A stretch of 63,745 bases of DNA, filler included, from Craspedostauros australis (lineage: Eukaryota): NCBI GenBank assembly GCA_030167865.1. It is 5 parts of 5 records of this genome, joined end to end, with 100 filler letters (N's around TTAATTAATTAA, not from the genome) between each part and the next. Parts side by side here need not be neighbours in the genome. Positions count along the whole stretch, not along the records: positions 28,887 to 48,007 come from JALAGF010004069.1; positions 48,108 to 62,444 come from JALAGF010004071.1; 3 more parts are not named here. One strand, 5' to 3'. The position numbers and the translations under genes are program-made. The notes under the pieces are model-generated. The model was not told where the DNA came from and did no database searches. It saw nothing but the letters and a program-made list of their open reading frames with translations. Below, piece after piece: positions 45,976 through 57,295 of the stretch. Within the stretch, counting starts at the first letter, position 1, and every line of letters begins with the position of its first letter.

Positions 45976-47830
45976 TTCTGCACCATATGCCGAAGCAGAG
46001 TTGATTTCCTTTTGATCGACGAAGCAGTTGAAGCCGCGTGAATTGGATATAGCTGTCGAGCAGAATGACACAACACGAGTAGACTCTTCAGGTCTGATGC
46101 CTGTTTGCTGGTACAACAACGACGCTGTAGTCATATTCTGTATTGTGTTTCTGGTGATGCTTCATTGAATTTTGCAATTGGCGATTGCTGGGATCGTCGC
46201 AATGGTGTTCTAGCTCAACGAGAACACTTGATACAACAAGCACTCACCATGCAGTCGTAATCACTATGTACTCTGAGTATGTGTTGCTGTGCTATTTTGC
46301 TAGTCTGTTCTCTGTTGCCCCATCACGCCAATGGAAGTGGTCGATGGGCTACTCTGCTCTGCTCTCACTAATTGCCACAGCTGCAAACGAAACCACCAGT
46401 CGATAATCGCCTAATGACTGCAGCGAATGGGAGATCACGAAATAGCGCCAAGTATGTTGCCAGCATGATTGAGCACCACTTTCATCTCTTCTGGTTCTGC
46501 CATGCTGCCCTTCAGCATTCCTTCCAACTTCTCATCTGCATGATCAATCGCGTCTTTTGAGTTCGGTGCGACAATGCGATGAACGAGCAAGGCACAAGTC
46601 ATGTCCTTGCAAGCCATGATACAACTGCAACCGCCACTGCATCAAATATCACGTTGTGTATGAACTGGCTGGCCCATGCACAGTAGAGGATGCGCTCACG
46701 AGGCCATCCTGTCCATCACTTGCGTGGGTTTTGGACGCTTCCATCGATGCTGTTGTTGCTGCTCCTTGTGTTGCTTCCTTTGGCTGCTCGGAACTCGTCT
46801 GCTTCGGGAGCCCCATCAGATCGCGGTGTGGCGAGTGTTGCAAATACCATGGCAAGAACGCAAGCGAGTGGAAGAGTGGTTGCTACAGTTTCGTCAATCT
46901 CCAAGGGTTCTCTTATTGTGTGCAGGCGAGGACCGCTGTCGCGCTTCATACTCACGTCGTAGCTGACGATAGAGTGCTGTTGCCATGACTTGCCGTGCGC
47001 AGAGTTCGAGTTTCGTCGAAGAAACAACAAATTTGTGGCTTGAGCCCAGGATGCACGACTTGAAGAAGTTTGTCCTGAAAATAGCCAATCACAACCGTCG
47101 CTTGCGTTCGATTTTGCATCCAGCCGGCATAGTTCGTAAACGAAAAGTATGGTACATCTTGGCTTCATATCATATCAGGGAACAACCTAAGAAATCATAT
47201 ATTTGTAATCCTTGCAGTGTCTTTATTACAAGGAGCAATTAGTTTCTTGAATAATAGCCTATTTGAAGTCTTACGGACCCGGTATCACGTTCTTCTTCGG
47301 ACCACTTCTATTCTTCTGCGATAGACATTGCAACGAACAAGCGAGAAGGAAACTGGAATCAAGAGCGTGAGTGGACACCTTCTGCTATTCGCACAGAACA
47401 CCAAAGAAAAATTTTCAAGAGTAAAGACGGTGCACTGTTCTGTTTGACCCAAGTGACTCCATATCTTCGATGGTCCATAAAACTTAAAATATAAACTTTA
47501 AGAAACATTCTTTGCTTTCGATTATGCAATTTACACTACAAGGATTGACAAGATATGTTTTATATTGTTCTATTCCAAAAAGGTAACATCAGCGAGCACA
47601 AATGGTTGGTCCACTCGCTGACTCGCTTCATACGCAACTATCGCCACTCCGATCTGCTTCGCCCCAACCACCAACAAACCAAATCAGATACTCACAATCA
47701 GCAACACGCACTCCTCTTCAATGTGAAGTGAAGTGCCTCTCTCTCGTGATGCTGCGAGACCGTCTTAGAACATGATCAAGGTCAAAAGCAAGATCAAGAG
47801 CGAAGGAACACAACAGGATACGCTCCGAGT

Positions 47831-48007
47831 TTGGAATCCGCCATTCTGCTGGTACATATGCCGGCGAAATCTCACGAAAGCAATGGCAATTCCAGACACG
47901 ATCAACCCAACGTGCGAACGTATCAATCCTGCATACGAGCGCAAGAACGAGTACTACTACAAGTACTCCATGCAAAGGTTGCTCCATTGATCCACCGATC
48001 CTTCGCG
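47831..48007 (+). pseudogene. Possible degenerate PPR-repeat fragment
   Basis: AILLVHM..KSHESNGN...QPNVRTYQSCIRA resembles a diatom PPR junction; single motif only. Confidence 0.3.
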
Positions 48008-48107
48008 NNNNNNNNNNNNNNNNNNNNNNNNNNNNNNNNNNNNNNNNNNNNTTAATTAATTAANNNNNNNNNNNNNNNNNNNNNNNNNNNNNNNNNNNNN
48101 NNNNNNN
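48008..48107. other. Artificial contig spacer
   Basis: N44-TTAATTAATTAA-N44. Confidence 0.95.
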
Positions 48108-48142
48108 CTCACTCACTCACTCTTTATCACACGTACGAGTAG

Positions 48143-50753
48143 ACCATCGGTGACTGCTATGTAGCCGCAACTGGCCTTCCCGAACAGCAGGAGCACCATG
48201 CTCTCATCATGGCCAAGTTCGCACGCGATTGCTTGGCGAAGATGTCCAGCGTCCTCAGGCGCCTTGAGGTGTCGCTCGGTCCTGACACAGTCGAGCTGGG
48301 CATGCGCGTTGGCATCAACTCTGGCCCAGTCACTGCGGGCGTCCTGCGTGGAGAGAAGTCCAGATTCCAGCTCTTCGGTGACACAGTCAACACGGCGGCG
48401 CGGATGGAGTCCACCGGCAAGAAGCACAAGATTCACCTCTCCGCGTCCGCCGCAACCAGCATTACCGCATCCATGGAGGCATCCGAGAAAACTCAGAACA
48501 TATGGATTATGCCACGCAACGAGCCAATCGATGTCAAGGGCAAGGGGCAGATGGAGACGTTCTGGTTGGCGTACGGGTCACTGAGCACGGGGTCTGCGAC
48601 GTCCAGCACTGTTGGAGGCACACCGCAAATCCAAAAACGAAAGTTCCCTCAACGCCGCCTCAGCGGATTGGGAGGTGTATCGGAACATGAGCCGCTGACG
48701 CAGCCAATAGATGATGGCAGTGCGCCAGCTCCACTTCAACAGAAAACACTTTCGATGAAACCAAGCTCCTCCAACGGAAGCCTCAGCAGCTTCGGTGACA
48801 GCGTCGACGCAGTCTCAACAACTCGCTCGTCGTACGGCTCACAAGCGAATCGAAGTACGAGTACGGATGACGACGATGACAGCAGCAGCGAGTCTGCAGA
48901 GATGCCCGAGTTTCTTCGGGAGAGTGTCATCGACAGACGAGAACGCTTGATCGATTGGAACGTCGACGTGCTGCGTGAGTTGCTCCAGAAGATCGTGGCC
49001 ATGCGACGTGGCCATTCCAACAATAGCACCACGTCGCTGCAAGCCACAGTCCAGCAGCAGGCAGAGCTTCGGGACCTGGAGAAGGAACATCACGATTCCA
49101 TCAAGTACAGCATCCTCGACGAGGTTCAGGAGATTATCGAACTCCCCAACAAGCCAGCGAAGTACGGCACCGACCCACAGTCCGTCCACCTGGATGATGC
49201 CGTCGTGGCGGAGTTGCGAGACTTCGTGTCGAGGATCTGCTACATGTACCGCGACAACAGCTTCCATTGCTTTGAGCATGCCAGGTGAGTATTGGCATCA
49301 TGCTATGCTATACGTATGGTCGTTTTGTGTTATTGTTTTGTTCAGGTCTTGGAGATGGCAACGGCACAGATGGCGGCAGTGATGACTGTTCAATCTTGTG
49401 GCAACTCCACTCATGCCCGTACATCTCACTCTTGTCATGCCTGCTTGATCGACGAATCGTTTTGTGCTACGTTGCCCTTTTCTGCTCCACTCCGTCCGCA
49501 ATGCTCAAATCGTTCCACCATGCACTGTATGAACATCCGCACACCTCAGCCACGTGACGCAATCTGTGATCAAGTTGATTCACAGAGTCGTCACGCCGGA
49601 CTCCATTGATTACAAGAAGATGGCATACACGAAGACCGCTACGAAGACGTTGCACCAGTACACGTACGGTATCACATCCGATCCATTGACGCAGTTCTCC
49701 GTTGCCCTCTCGGCCTTGATCCATGACGTGGATCATCCTGGCGTCCCCAACGCACAGCTGTGCAAGGAACGCGATCCCGACGCCGTGCGCTACAAGTTTC
49801 AGAGCGTCGCCGAGCAGAACTCGATCGACCTTGGCTGGGACTTGCTGATGGCGCCCCAGTACGAGGCCCTGCGTGCTTGCATCTACAGTAATTGCGAAGA
49901 ATTCAACCGCTTCCGCCAGCTGATCGTCAACACCGTCATGGCCACGGACATCGTGGACAAGGAGCTCGGCTTGCTCCGTAAGAAGCGCTGGGAGACGGCC
50001 TTCGCCAATGTCCAACCCAAGCACCCTGGTTCGGCACCGGCAACGCCCGTCCCGCCCAAGAAGAAGATCTTGAAGAAGCACAGCAAGCAATTCAAAACGC
50101 CATCTCCGGTCAAGCCCGGCGGCGTGAGATCGTCGGTGACAAGCATCGACTTTTCCGGCAAAATGACCGAGACCATCTTGCAGAAGGTGCCGCATCTGGA
50201 TCTGCGAAGCCCAATCAAACACAACACCATCAACGTCCATGGCAACGGCAACGGCAACGGCAACAGCGCTAACCCCAATAAGGCCGACAACAACAAAGAC
50301 AACCTCCTGCTATCACCCATCACCATCCCGAAGTCCATGTCCTCACTGAATCCATCCAACCACACCAACGTCTCCGAAACGACGCGCAACGACATGAACC
50401 GCAAGGCCACCGTCGTGATCGAGCATCTGATCCAAGCCTCCGACGTGTCGCATACGATGCAGCATTGGCACGTGTACTTGAAATGGAACGAGCGTTTCTT
50501 CGAGGAATGCGCCATGGCGTACAAGGAAGGCCGCGCAGGACGCGATCCTGCCAAGAATTGGTACACGGGCGAGCTTGGATTCTTCGATCATTACATCATC
50601 CCGCTGGCCAAGAAGCTGAAGGATTGCGGCGTGTTTGGCGTGGCGTCGGACGAGTACCTGAACTACGCGACGGCGAATCGCAAGGAGTGGGAAGCGAAAG
50701 GTCAGGCGATTGTGGAAGAGTACGTCAGGAGGTTTCAGCAGAAGAATGGATGA
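48143..50753 (+). CDS. Second cyclase-phosphodiesterase (GC/PDE) fusion, 5'-truncated; exons 48143-49284, 49550-50753
   Basis: After an intron acceptor (AG 48141-48142): TIGDCYVAATGLP, MRVGINSGPVTAGVLRGEKSRFQLFGDTVNTAARMES. PDE FHCFEHAS|HV, IHDVDHPGVPN, IQASDVSHTMQHW. Intron 49285-49549. Confidence 0.92.
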
Positions 50754-51185
50754 ATAGATAGAAGAAGGAATGCGCATGGTCACTGCATGGTGTCCACAAG
50801 GGAACGCTGCATTCTCCCAAGGGAGAGATTCGAGGGAAAGGGGGAAGCACAAATGTACATAATCATCAGATATAAAATGCAAATCGAGTGTTGATTGACT
50901 GAAAGAGCTGACATGTTCCTGATACTACGTTCGTTCTGTCGCAGGCCGTAGGACACAAGCAGGCATGAATGAACCCCTACAACCATCACTTTGCGTGCAC
51001 TCTCTGGTACAGTACTCGTTCTTATGGTTGACAGTGCATCGTGTTTACATGTTACCCTTGAATAGTTCTTTTGTCGTCCGTCGGTTTTGCATGTACATAC
51101 ATAGTAGGTACTTGCTTGGCAGACCATCCCTACTTTACCATCCGCACACTACGTGCGCTTCCCAAATCTAAATTGTGGCAGATAG

Positions 51186-52193
51186 TTACGCATTGACTTC
51201 GTTGGGACGGTAGTAGGGACTCGTGCTGGGCGTGTAGGACGAGGATCGGCGTGCTGTCGGTGCTGGCGACTCGATGTTGAGCATGTTGTGAATTTCGTTG
51301 ACCGAATCTATCCGCGCTCCGGTGCTGGCTCTCGACCTGGGCGTGCCATCGGACTTGATGTAGCGTCCGTTGATGGTGTGCTGCTGCGGCGTGGCTGGTG
51401 GTGGCAGCTGCTGGACGGCCGCGTTGTTGTTGTTGGACTGGGGATACTCGTCGCCCTCCTTGATGAACTGCGACAGCTCCGTGAGGAAACCATCCTGGTT
51501 GGGCAGGAGGTTGGCGACGCAGCGCACGAGGAGCTTGACGCCGCGGGTCGTGTAGGCGTGCATGTTCTGGCTGCTGAGCAGGGACGTCTCGCACCTGTCC
51601 AGACTGATGCCCAGGGCCCCGAGATCGTTGCGAGCCTCGCCCAGCTCCGACTGGATGTCGTTGACCGTGTCGGTGTTCTCCTGCAGCTTGCGATCGAGGT
51701 CTTCCTGCGACTCCACGATGCCCCAGATCTGATTCTCCAGCGATTCCTTGACGTCGAGGATGGCCTGTCCCAGCGTCTTGGCCGCAGTGTCGAAGATTTT
51801 GCGCGTGACGGGCAGCAGCTCCTTGGCGGCCTCGGGCAGCGTGTTGGTGAGGACGACGTATCCGGCCCAGCAGGCTCCGGTGCCGACCGCGTACGTGATG
51901 ATGGTGGCCGTCCAGGAACCGCGCGCGTTGGAGCCCGGCGTGTGGATGATGATGGGGGCGGGCGGCGGTGTGTGAGGCACCATGACGCTCTTGCCGACCG
52001 CGTTTTCAAGGGCAGGCGCGATCTGCTTGGCGATCTGCGGCGGGGCGTTCTGCACGGCGCGCAGCACGAGGGGGTTCAGCACGGCCTTGACCTGTTCGGG
52101 GAACATGGTGTAGGCGCCCATGCCGAGCATCACCCATTGTCCCGTGGAGGTCTGCAGCAGCAGTTGGATAGGACCCCTTGGAGCACCCGACAT
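51186..52193 (-). CDS. Membrane-anchored coiled-coil protein, DUF1664-like
   Basis: TM segment (IITYAVGTGACWAGYVVL), ELLPVTRKIFDTAAKTLG, long heptad region, TTRGVKLL; strong GC3 bias supports coding. Confidence 0.6.
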   Translation of the reverse strand: MSGAPRGPIQLLLQTSTGQWVMLGMGAYTMFPEQVKAVLNPLVLRAVQNAPPQIAKQIAPALENAVGKSVMVPHTPPPAPIIIHTPGSNARGSWTATIITYAVGTGACWAGYVVLTNTLPEAAKELLPVTRKIFDTAAKTLGQAILDVKESLENQIWGIVESQEDLDRKLQENTDTVNDIQSELGEARNDLGALGISLDRCETSLLSSQNMHAYTTRGVKLLVRCVANLLPNQDGFLTELSQFIKEGDEYPQSNNNNAAVQQLPPPATPQQHTINGRYIKSDGTPRSRASTGARIDSVNEIHNMLNIESPAPTARRSSSYTPSTSPYYRPNEVNA

Positions 52194-53816
52194 CGTTGCT
52201 CTATCTGTTGCTGTGCTGACACTCGCACTATTGCTACGACTTTGATGCAGAGCCTAGAGTTAGAGTCCACGCACGGTCCCAAGCGATGGCGCTATGATTC
52301 GTGTTTGTGTTTGGAATTTGGTTTGGAATTTGTGGCTTTTTGCACAAAAACAACGGAAATGGAGCAGAGCGCGAGAAGTCTTCGTATTCGACTTTCCTCT
52401 TCCTGCCCAATTGCTTCCTCTTGTTGCCTGTTGCCCTTGTTGCCTGTTGCCGTTTCACGATGAACGGGGACGATGACAATTGCTTGCTTCCTTGATGCTG
52501 CAAATGAGCCTTGCTATGAATCTGTGATGGGCACAGGGATGCTGATTTGATTGTACTTGTTGGCCCAAACGCAATGTACGCAGCGCTGTTGCTTTGAATA
52601 CGAAGGTCGTCACACTCTTGTGCTTTGTCTCTGTTGGTGATTGCCAATGAGGATGCCTGGCTTTGGTGGTCAGTGTTCTTGTTGTTGTGTTTGGTGCACT
52701 TTTCTTCCGCTGTGCTACGACTGCTGCTGTTGTTGCTGAGGTTTGCGTGGTCCTGTTTCACGTGTTCCCATTGGCTGCTTCTTCGCGCGCTGCCACCGCA
52801 GAGACGCACCACTCCACCATCCATTTCGATCTTGTTGAGCGAAGCAGTTTATTTACATATTCATGGATGAATAAAGTTAAAATACAACAGCGACATTTTG
52901 ACGTTTTTGATATAACGATTCGCTGCTCACATGTGCATCGACGAACCTTGTGCCTTCATCATCACGGACGCATGCAGAAGACCAACAACAGGCGAATCTT
53001 GACATCCGAGTTCTGTTTGTACTGGATAGTTTGACCGTAGGTAGACTCTCTGGTTTCATCCTCGAGCAATCGAGCGCAGAGAATGACAGATTAGGATGCT
53101 GCACCGTGTTATCGACTTGTAGATTGTATACAACAGCAGGTGAATGTTGGCTTACTATGCGTACAGATGCCAACAATTGCGCAACGGAGACGACATGTGA
53201 CAAACAATACACTCGATTGCATTGCCTACGCCAGCTGCAACTGAGTGGCTCCAGAACACTTATCTGTACAGCCATTCTTCACATTATCCATTTCACGTTC
53301 ACAACATTCCAACATTCAATCAAATCCCCTTTGGAAAAGACTCAGGAACCTTGGGTGGCGACAGAGGGAAGAGATCTCTCTCTCTATTCTCCTTTCGTCA
53401 CTACATTCGATCAAACCGACCAAAAGCAACCACATCGTGTGAAACACGTCATCAATGACCAAAGTACTGTGATAGTCTCGTAGATGCGTTTTGATGACGG
53501 CAACAACTGTGAAAGATCGCGATCTGCCGATCGAACGATGATTGTGACGCCGATGACGATGGCAGACATCGAACTTGTGCATCGCGAGAGTTCCGAAAGA
53601 GACGATCAAACCAGCGGCCGCGTGGCGAAGCGTACTGATAGGTCGTAATGCTCCTGGAGAGGAGTAACGGATCGCAGTCATCCGCAAGATGCAGTGAAGT
53701 GAAGTCCAGATCAAGATCGAGAGCACCAACAACTGGCAACGATAACTGACAACGACAACTGACAACAACAAACTCAAAAGAACGGCAACAGCCAAGCAAC
53801 AACAGCCACCACCACG

Positions 53817-54458
53817 ATGAAGATCTCCGCCTCCCTCCTCCTCGCCGCCTTGGTGGCCACCATGACCGTGTCCAGCAGCACCGTCTCCGCCTCCGTCTTC
53901 ATCCCGTACGGATCCAAGCTGACGCAGACGGGTTCCAAGTCCTTTGCCTTTTCCAGAAAGACGGCCAACGACAGCAACGACGCCGATGACGAGATGCTCC
54001 ACATCGCCCGCCGCATGCGCCGCGTGACATCGACCAACGCCGCGGCCATGGCCATCCCGGGATACGGCATCGCCGAGCAGGTCTTCGTCGGCGGATTCGG
54101 CAACTTCCTCAGCATCTACAACCTCGTCATCACGGCGCGCATCCTCCTGTCCTGGTTCCCGCAGGCGGCCGGCATCGCCGCCTTGCAACCGGTCTACCAG
54201 ATCACCGATCCCTACCTCAACCTCTTCCGCGGCATCATCCCGCCCATCTTCGGTCTCGATCTGTCGCCGCTCCTGGCCTTCTTCCTTCTCAGCGTCCTCA
54301 CCAATGCGACGGCCGCCGTCGGTGCCGATCTCACGCCGGCCATGAAGCAGCGAATGTCGTCCAACCGGTCGCCGATGGACAAGATCATGGCCGAGCAACA
54401 GCAGCACCAGAAACTGCAGCGCAAGATCGCGCCCGCACTAACTTTGGGCAGTCTCTAA
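53817..54458 (+). CDS. YGGT family plastid membrane protein (YlmG/YLMG-like)
   Basis: Signal peptide followed by ASVF and a transit-like region; RILLSWFP, ITDPYLNLFRGIIPPIFGLDLSPLLAF. Confidence 0.92.
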   Translation: MKISASLLLAALVATMTVSSSTVSASVFIPYGSKLTQTGSKSFAFSRKTANDSNDADDEMLHIARRMRRVTSTNAAAMAIPGYGIAEQVFVGGFGNFLSIYNLVITARILLSWFPQAAGIAALQPVYQITDPYLNLFRGIIPPIFGLDLSPLLAFFLLSVLTNATAAVGADLTPAMKQRMSSNRSPMDKIMAEQQQHQKLQRKIAPALTLGSL

Positions 54459-54733
54459 TCTGTGGCGTCGCTATGGTAGGATGCATGAGTATGGCAATGT
54501 TATATCATCGATTGCTGCAGCTTGGAGTACAATCTACACCACTAAAGTTCCAACTTTAATTGCTCCAAATATTGACTAGAGACTACAGAACTGGATTGTA
54601 TTGTAATGTTGCACTATCTATCGATGATGAGTATGGTCAGATACAGAGTCTTGTGCGAGCACACTGTCGTGTATAATGAAGCAGATGGCAGACTCATCTG
54701 AATGATGAGCCCTGCTTCGAATTATGATGTTAT

Positions 54734-54766
54734 ACATCACATCACATCACATCACATCACATCACA
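54734..54766. repeat. (ACATC)n pentanucleotide microsatellite
   Basis: About 6 perfect units. Confidence 0.9.
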
Positions 54767-55043
54767 CTCGTAGTTGAGCATCTTCCAATGTGTTCCTCCG
54801 CATGACTCTGCAGCAGCTTCAATCATGCTGTTTTCATTTTCTCCCTTCTCCAGACAACCTTGCCATCAACATCAATCAAACATCGTGGAGTCATAGTCTA
54901 ATAATTGCTTGCGAAGGTTCTATTTTGTTGGTTTAGAACAGTATGTTGGCTCTGTTGCGATGCTGTTGTCTGCGCTGCTTGTGCACATCAACATCAACTA
55001 CCATGCATTCATGCATCTATCCACCAACCAAAGTCCACTCGAT

Positions 55044-56420
55044 TTAAGTCGCCTTCGTCTTCTTGTTCTTCTTGGGCTTCATGTACGATTCGACGTAGAA
55101 TTGGGCAAACAGGAAGAACAGCGACAGGATGTAGACGACGTAGGTGGAGCTGACGCGCAGGGAGGACTGATCGCACTGCGACACGACGAGGTAGGAGCCC
55201 TGCGACATCATCGTCACGAACTGCACCATCTGCATCATGGTGAGGTAGGACTTCCACCAGATGGGAAGGGACTTGCCCGTCGACTTGTCCTTCGTGTGCA
55301 TGCAGATGAAGTAGTAGGTGTACATGACGGTGTGGATGAAGCCGTTCAGGACGATGGTGAGGAAGATGTCACCGTCGTAGAAGACGTTGGAATTGAGCCA
55401 GTAGAAGAGGAAGATCGTGGTGTGGTGGTAGACGTGGAGGAAGGACAGCTGTCGCCACTTCTTGCCCAGCACGATGAAGATGGTGTCCCAGAAATCCCAC
55501 ACCTTCGAGATGTAGAACAGCCAAAGGAGGTTGCCGATGGCCGGGTCATGCTGGTTGTACGGCTCGCACGGAAGGATGGTGTAGTTGTTGCGGTACGCGA
55601 GGAAGCATCCCTCTAACGTCATGTAGGCGCACAGCATGATCTGCGACACGTTGTACAGGAACTTGATCGGGTACGGATCGATGGCCGGCAGGAAGTTCAT
55701 CACCTGGGAACCGATGGCGACGAAGAGGACGTACGCCAAGGCGATGGTGAACGCCGACGAGAAGTCAGTCAAGAACCATCCCTGTGTGTTGTGGAAGGTG
55801 TGGTTGCAGTATTGGCATTGATGCGTGTGGAATTTGGAATTGTTTTTGTCATTGCAATTGTGATGGCGAAGTTGTAAATGAGAATGTTAGTAATTGTTGT
55901 GGGATGATTGATGACTGATAATCGATGATGGAATAGAGTACAGTAAGCGATACCAAAGAACATCATGAATGAAGCTGTTCCTGCATCCAAGAAGAGGTGC
56001 AAAGCAGACAGCGCGCTTGTCCAAGTTGTCACTCGTCATTGGCGGAATTCACAAGGGATGCAACTCTCATGTCTGGCTCTTCATTCTCATAGTAGTACGC
56101 ATCCATCCATCAAGATTCTATTCATGTCATTGCTGTTGTTGGAGATGTTGAAGATGATGGGAGTGTGCAGGTACACAGACAGGAATGAGAACGCATGCGT
56201 GCACGCTGTTGCTGCGGATGCTTCCACAGCACTTGTGCGCTTCGTTGACTGGCTGATGGGAGAGAAAGTCCCTTGGCATTGCATGCTGTCTTGTGTCTTG
56301 CATGCTGTTTGGCACCACCGAATGACGTACTTCAGTGTGACCGCTGAATTTGGACTCTGGATCACCCCAGCGGACGATGCTCTCGCCGATGCTGTCCAGC
56401 GTGGTTGTGTACTGCTCCAT
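55044..56420 (-). CDS. ELO-family PUFA elongase (probable delta-6 elongase); exons 56420-56331, 55781-55044
   Basis: KVWDFWDTIFIVL, QLSFLHVYHH, NGFIHTVMYTYY, TMMQMVQF, lysine-rich ER-retention tail. Exon 1 MEQYTTTLDSIGESIVRWGDP joins GWFLTDF via GT-AG intron 55782-56330. Strongly resembles Thalassiosira Elo1 from memory. Confidence 0.93.
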
Positions 56421-57295
56421 GGTTGCTGTCGTGCTCGTGCTGGTACTCGTGTAGCTTGGACTTGACTTTGCAACGAACGGCAGTTGCTTTCTGTCACTTC
56501 TTGAATGAGACTTTCAAGAATAGTTTTTGTGGGTGGTGAGCTGTTGGTGTCGTTGTTGGTGATGTCGGCGTTGTTGTTGCCGTTTCTCCTCTCTCTCTCT
56601 CGCTGGATCGATTGGTCTCGGTTTGTTCGTCGACCACAGCCCCGCAATGACAGATGCGTTGTTGGTGGTGGTGGGAAAGCGCACACACGCTGCTTCAACT
56701 TCCCATCTCGTTGTCCGCCACCGAAGAATCCGGAAAAGGCACAGCAGCGCAACACAAAATGAGCAACGACAGCAAAGTATGATGTGTGTGCGTCTGTGTG
56801 CACAGTGATGATGATGATGATGATGGTGATGATGCGTGAGAACACAAGAGTTCACATCTCATCGCTCGCCCAATCAGCGTGCTTCATGTGTGACGTACGC
56901 TGCGAATACGATTCAATGTTGTCACGATCGAACGTATCAACGTTCGTATTGTCTATTCGAGTTAGTCGATCGTATCCCTGTCGCCAACATTAAAGAGCAC
57001 GCGCACCTAATGCAAATAAAAAGCGTACAAACTCGTCTATGCACAAATCGATAGACTGCCAACCAGAACAACGGGACGAGCAGGCCGCTCACTGTCTCGT
57101 TGTTGAGAGTAATCCACAACCCCCCCGACTCCACAATCTACTACTATTCCACTGCACAGTTCTTGCATCCTGATATAGATCGCTCGTTCCAATACAAGTA
57201 CAAAGAAAAGTAGTAGTACAAGTACACGGTATCGCTCACTCTACATTCGAACAACTCCCCTTTCTAGAGTTCGACATTCCTTGCCCCCATTTATC

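Noticed and set aside
22546..49549. Both GC/PDE genes have a 265-nt intron
   Set aside because: Different positions and no visible sequence similarity; treated as coincidence.
51288..52463. Long antisense ORFs (also 11515-12648, 53316-54407, 8015-8848, 4435-5193, 38763-39710)
   Set aside because: Shadows of GC3-biased genes on the opposite strand; no independent motifs.
3232..56420. Large lipid cluster linking FMO, FAAL-ACP-Pls and elongase
   Set aside because: The genes lie on different contigs separated by artificial spacers and by unrelated housekeeping genes.
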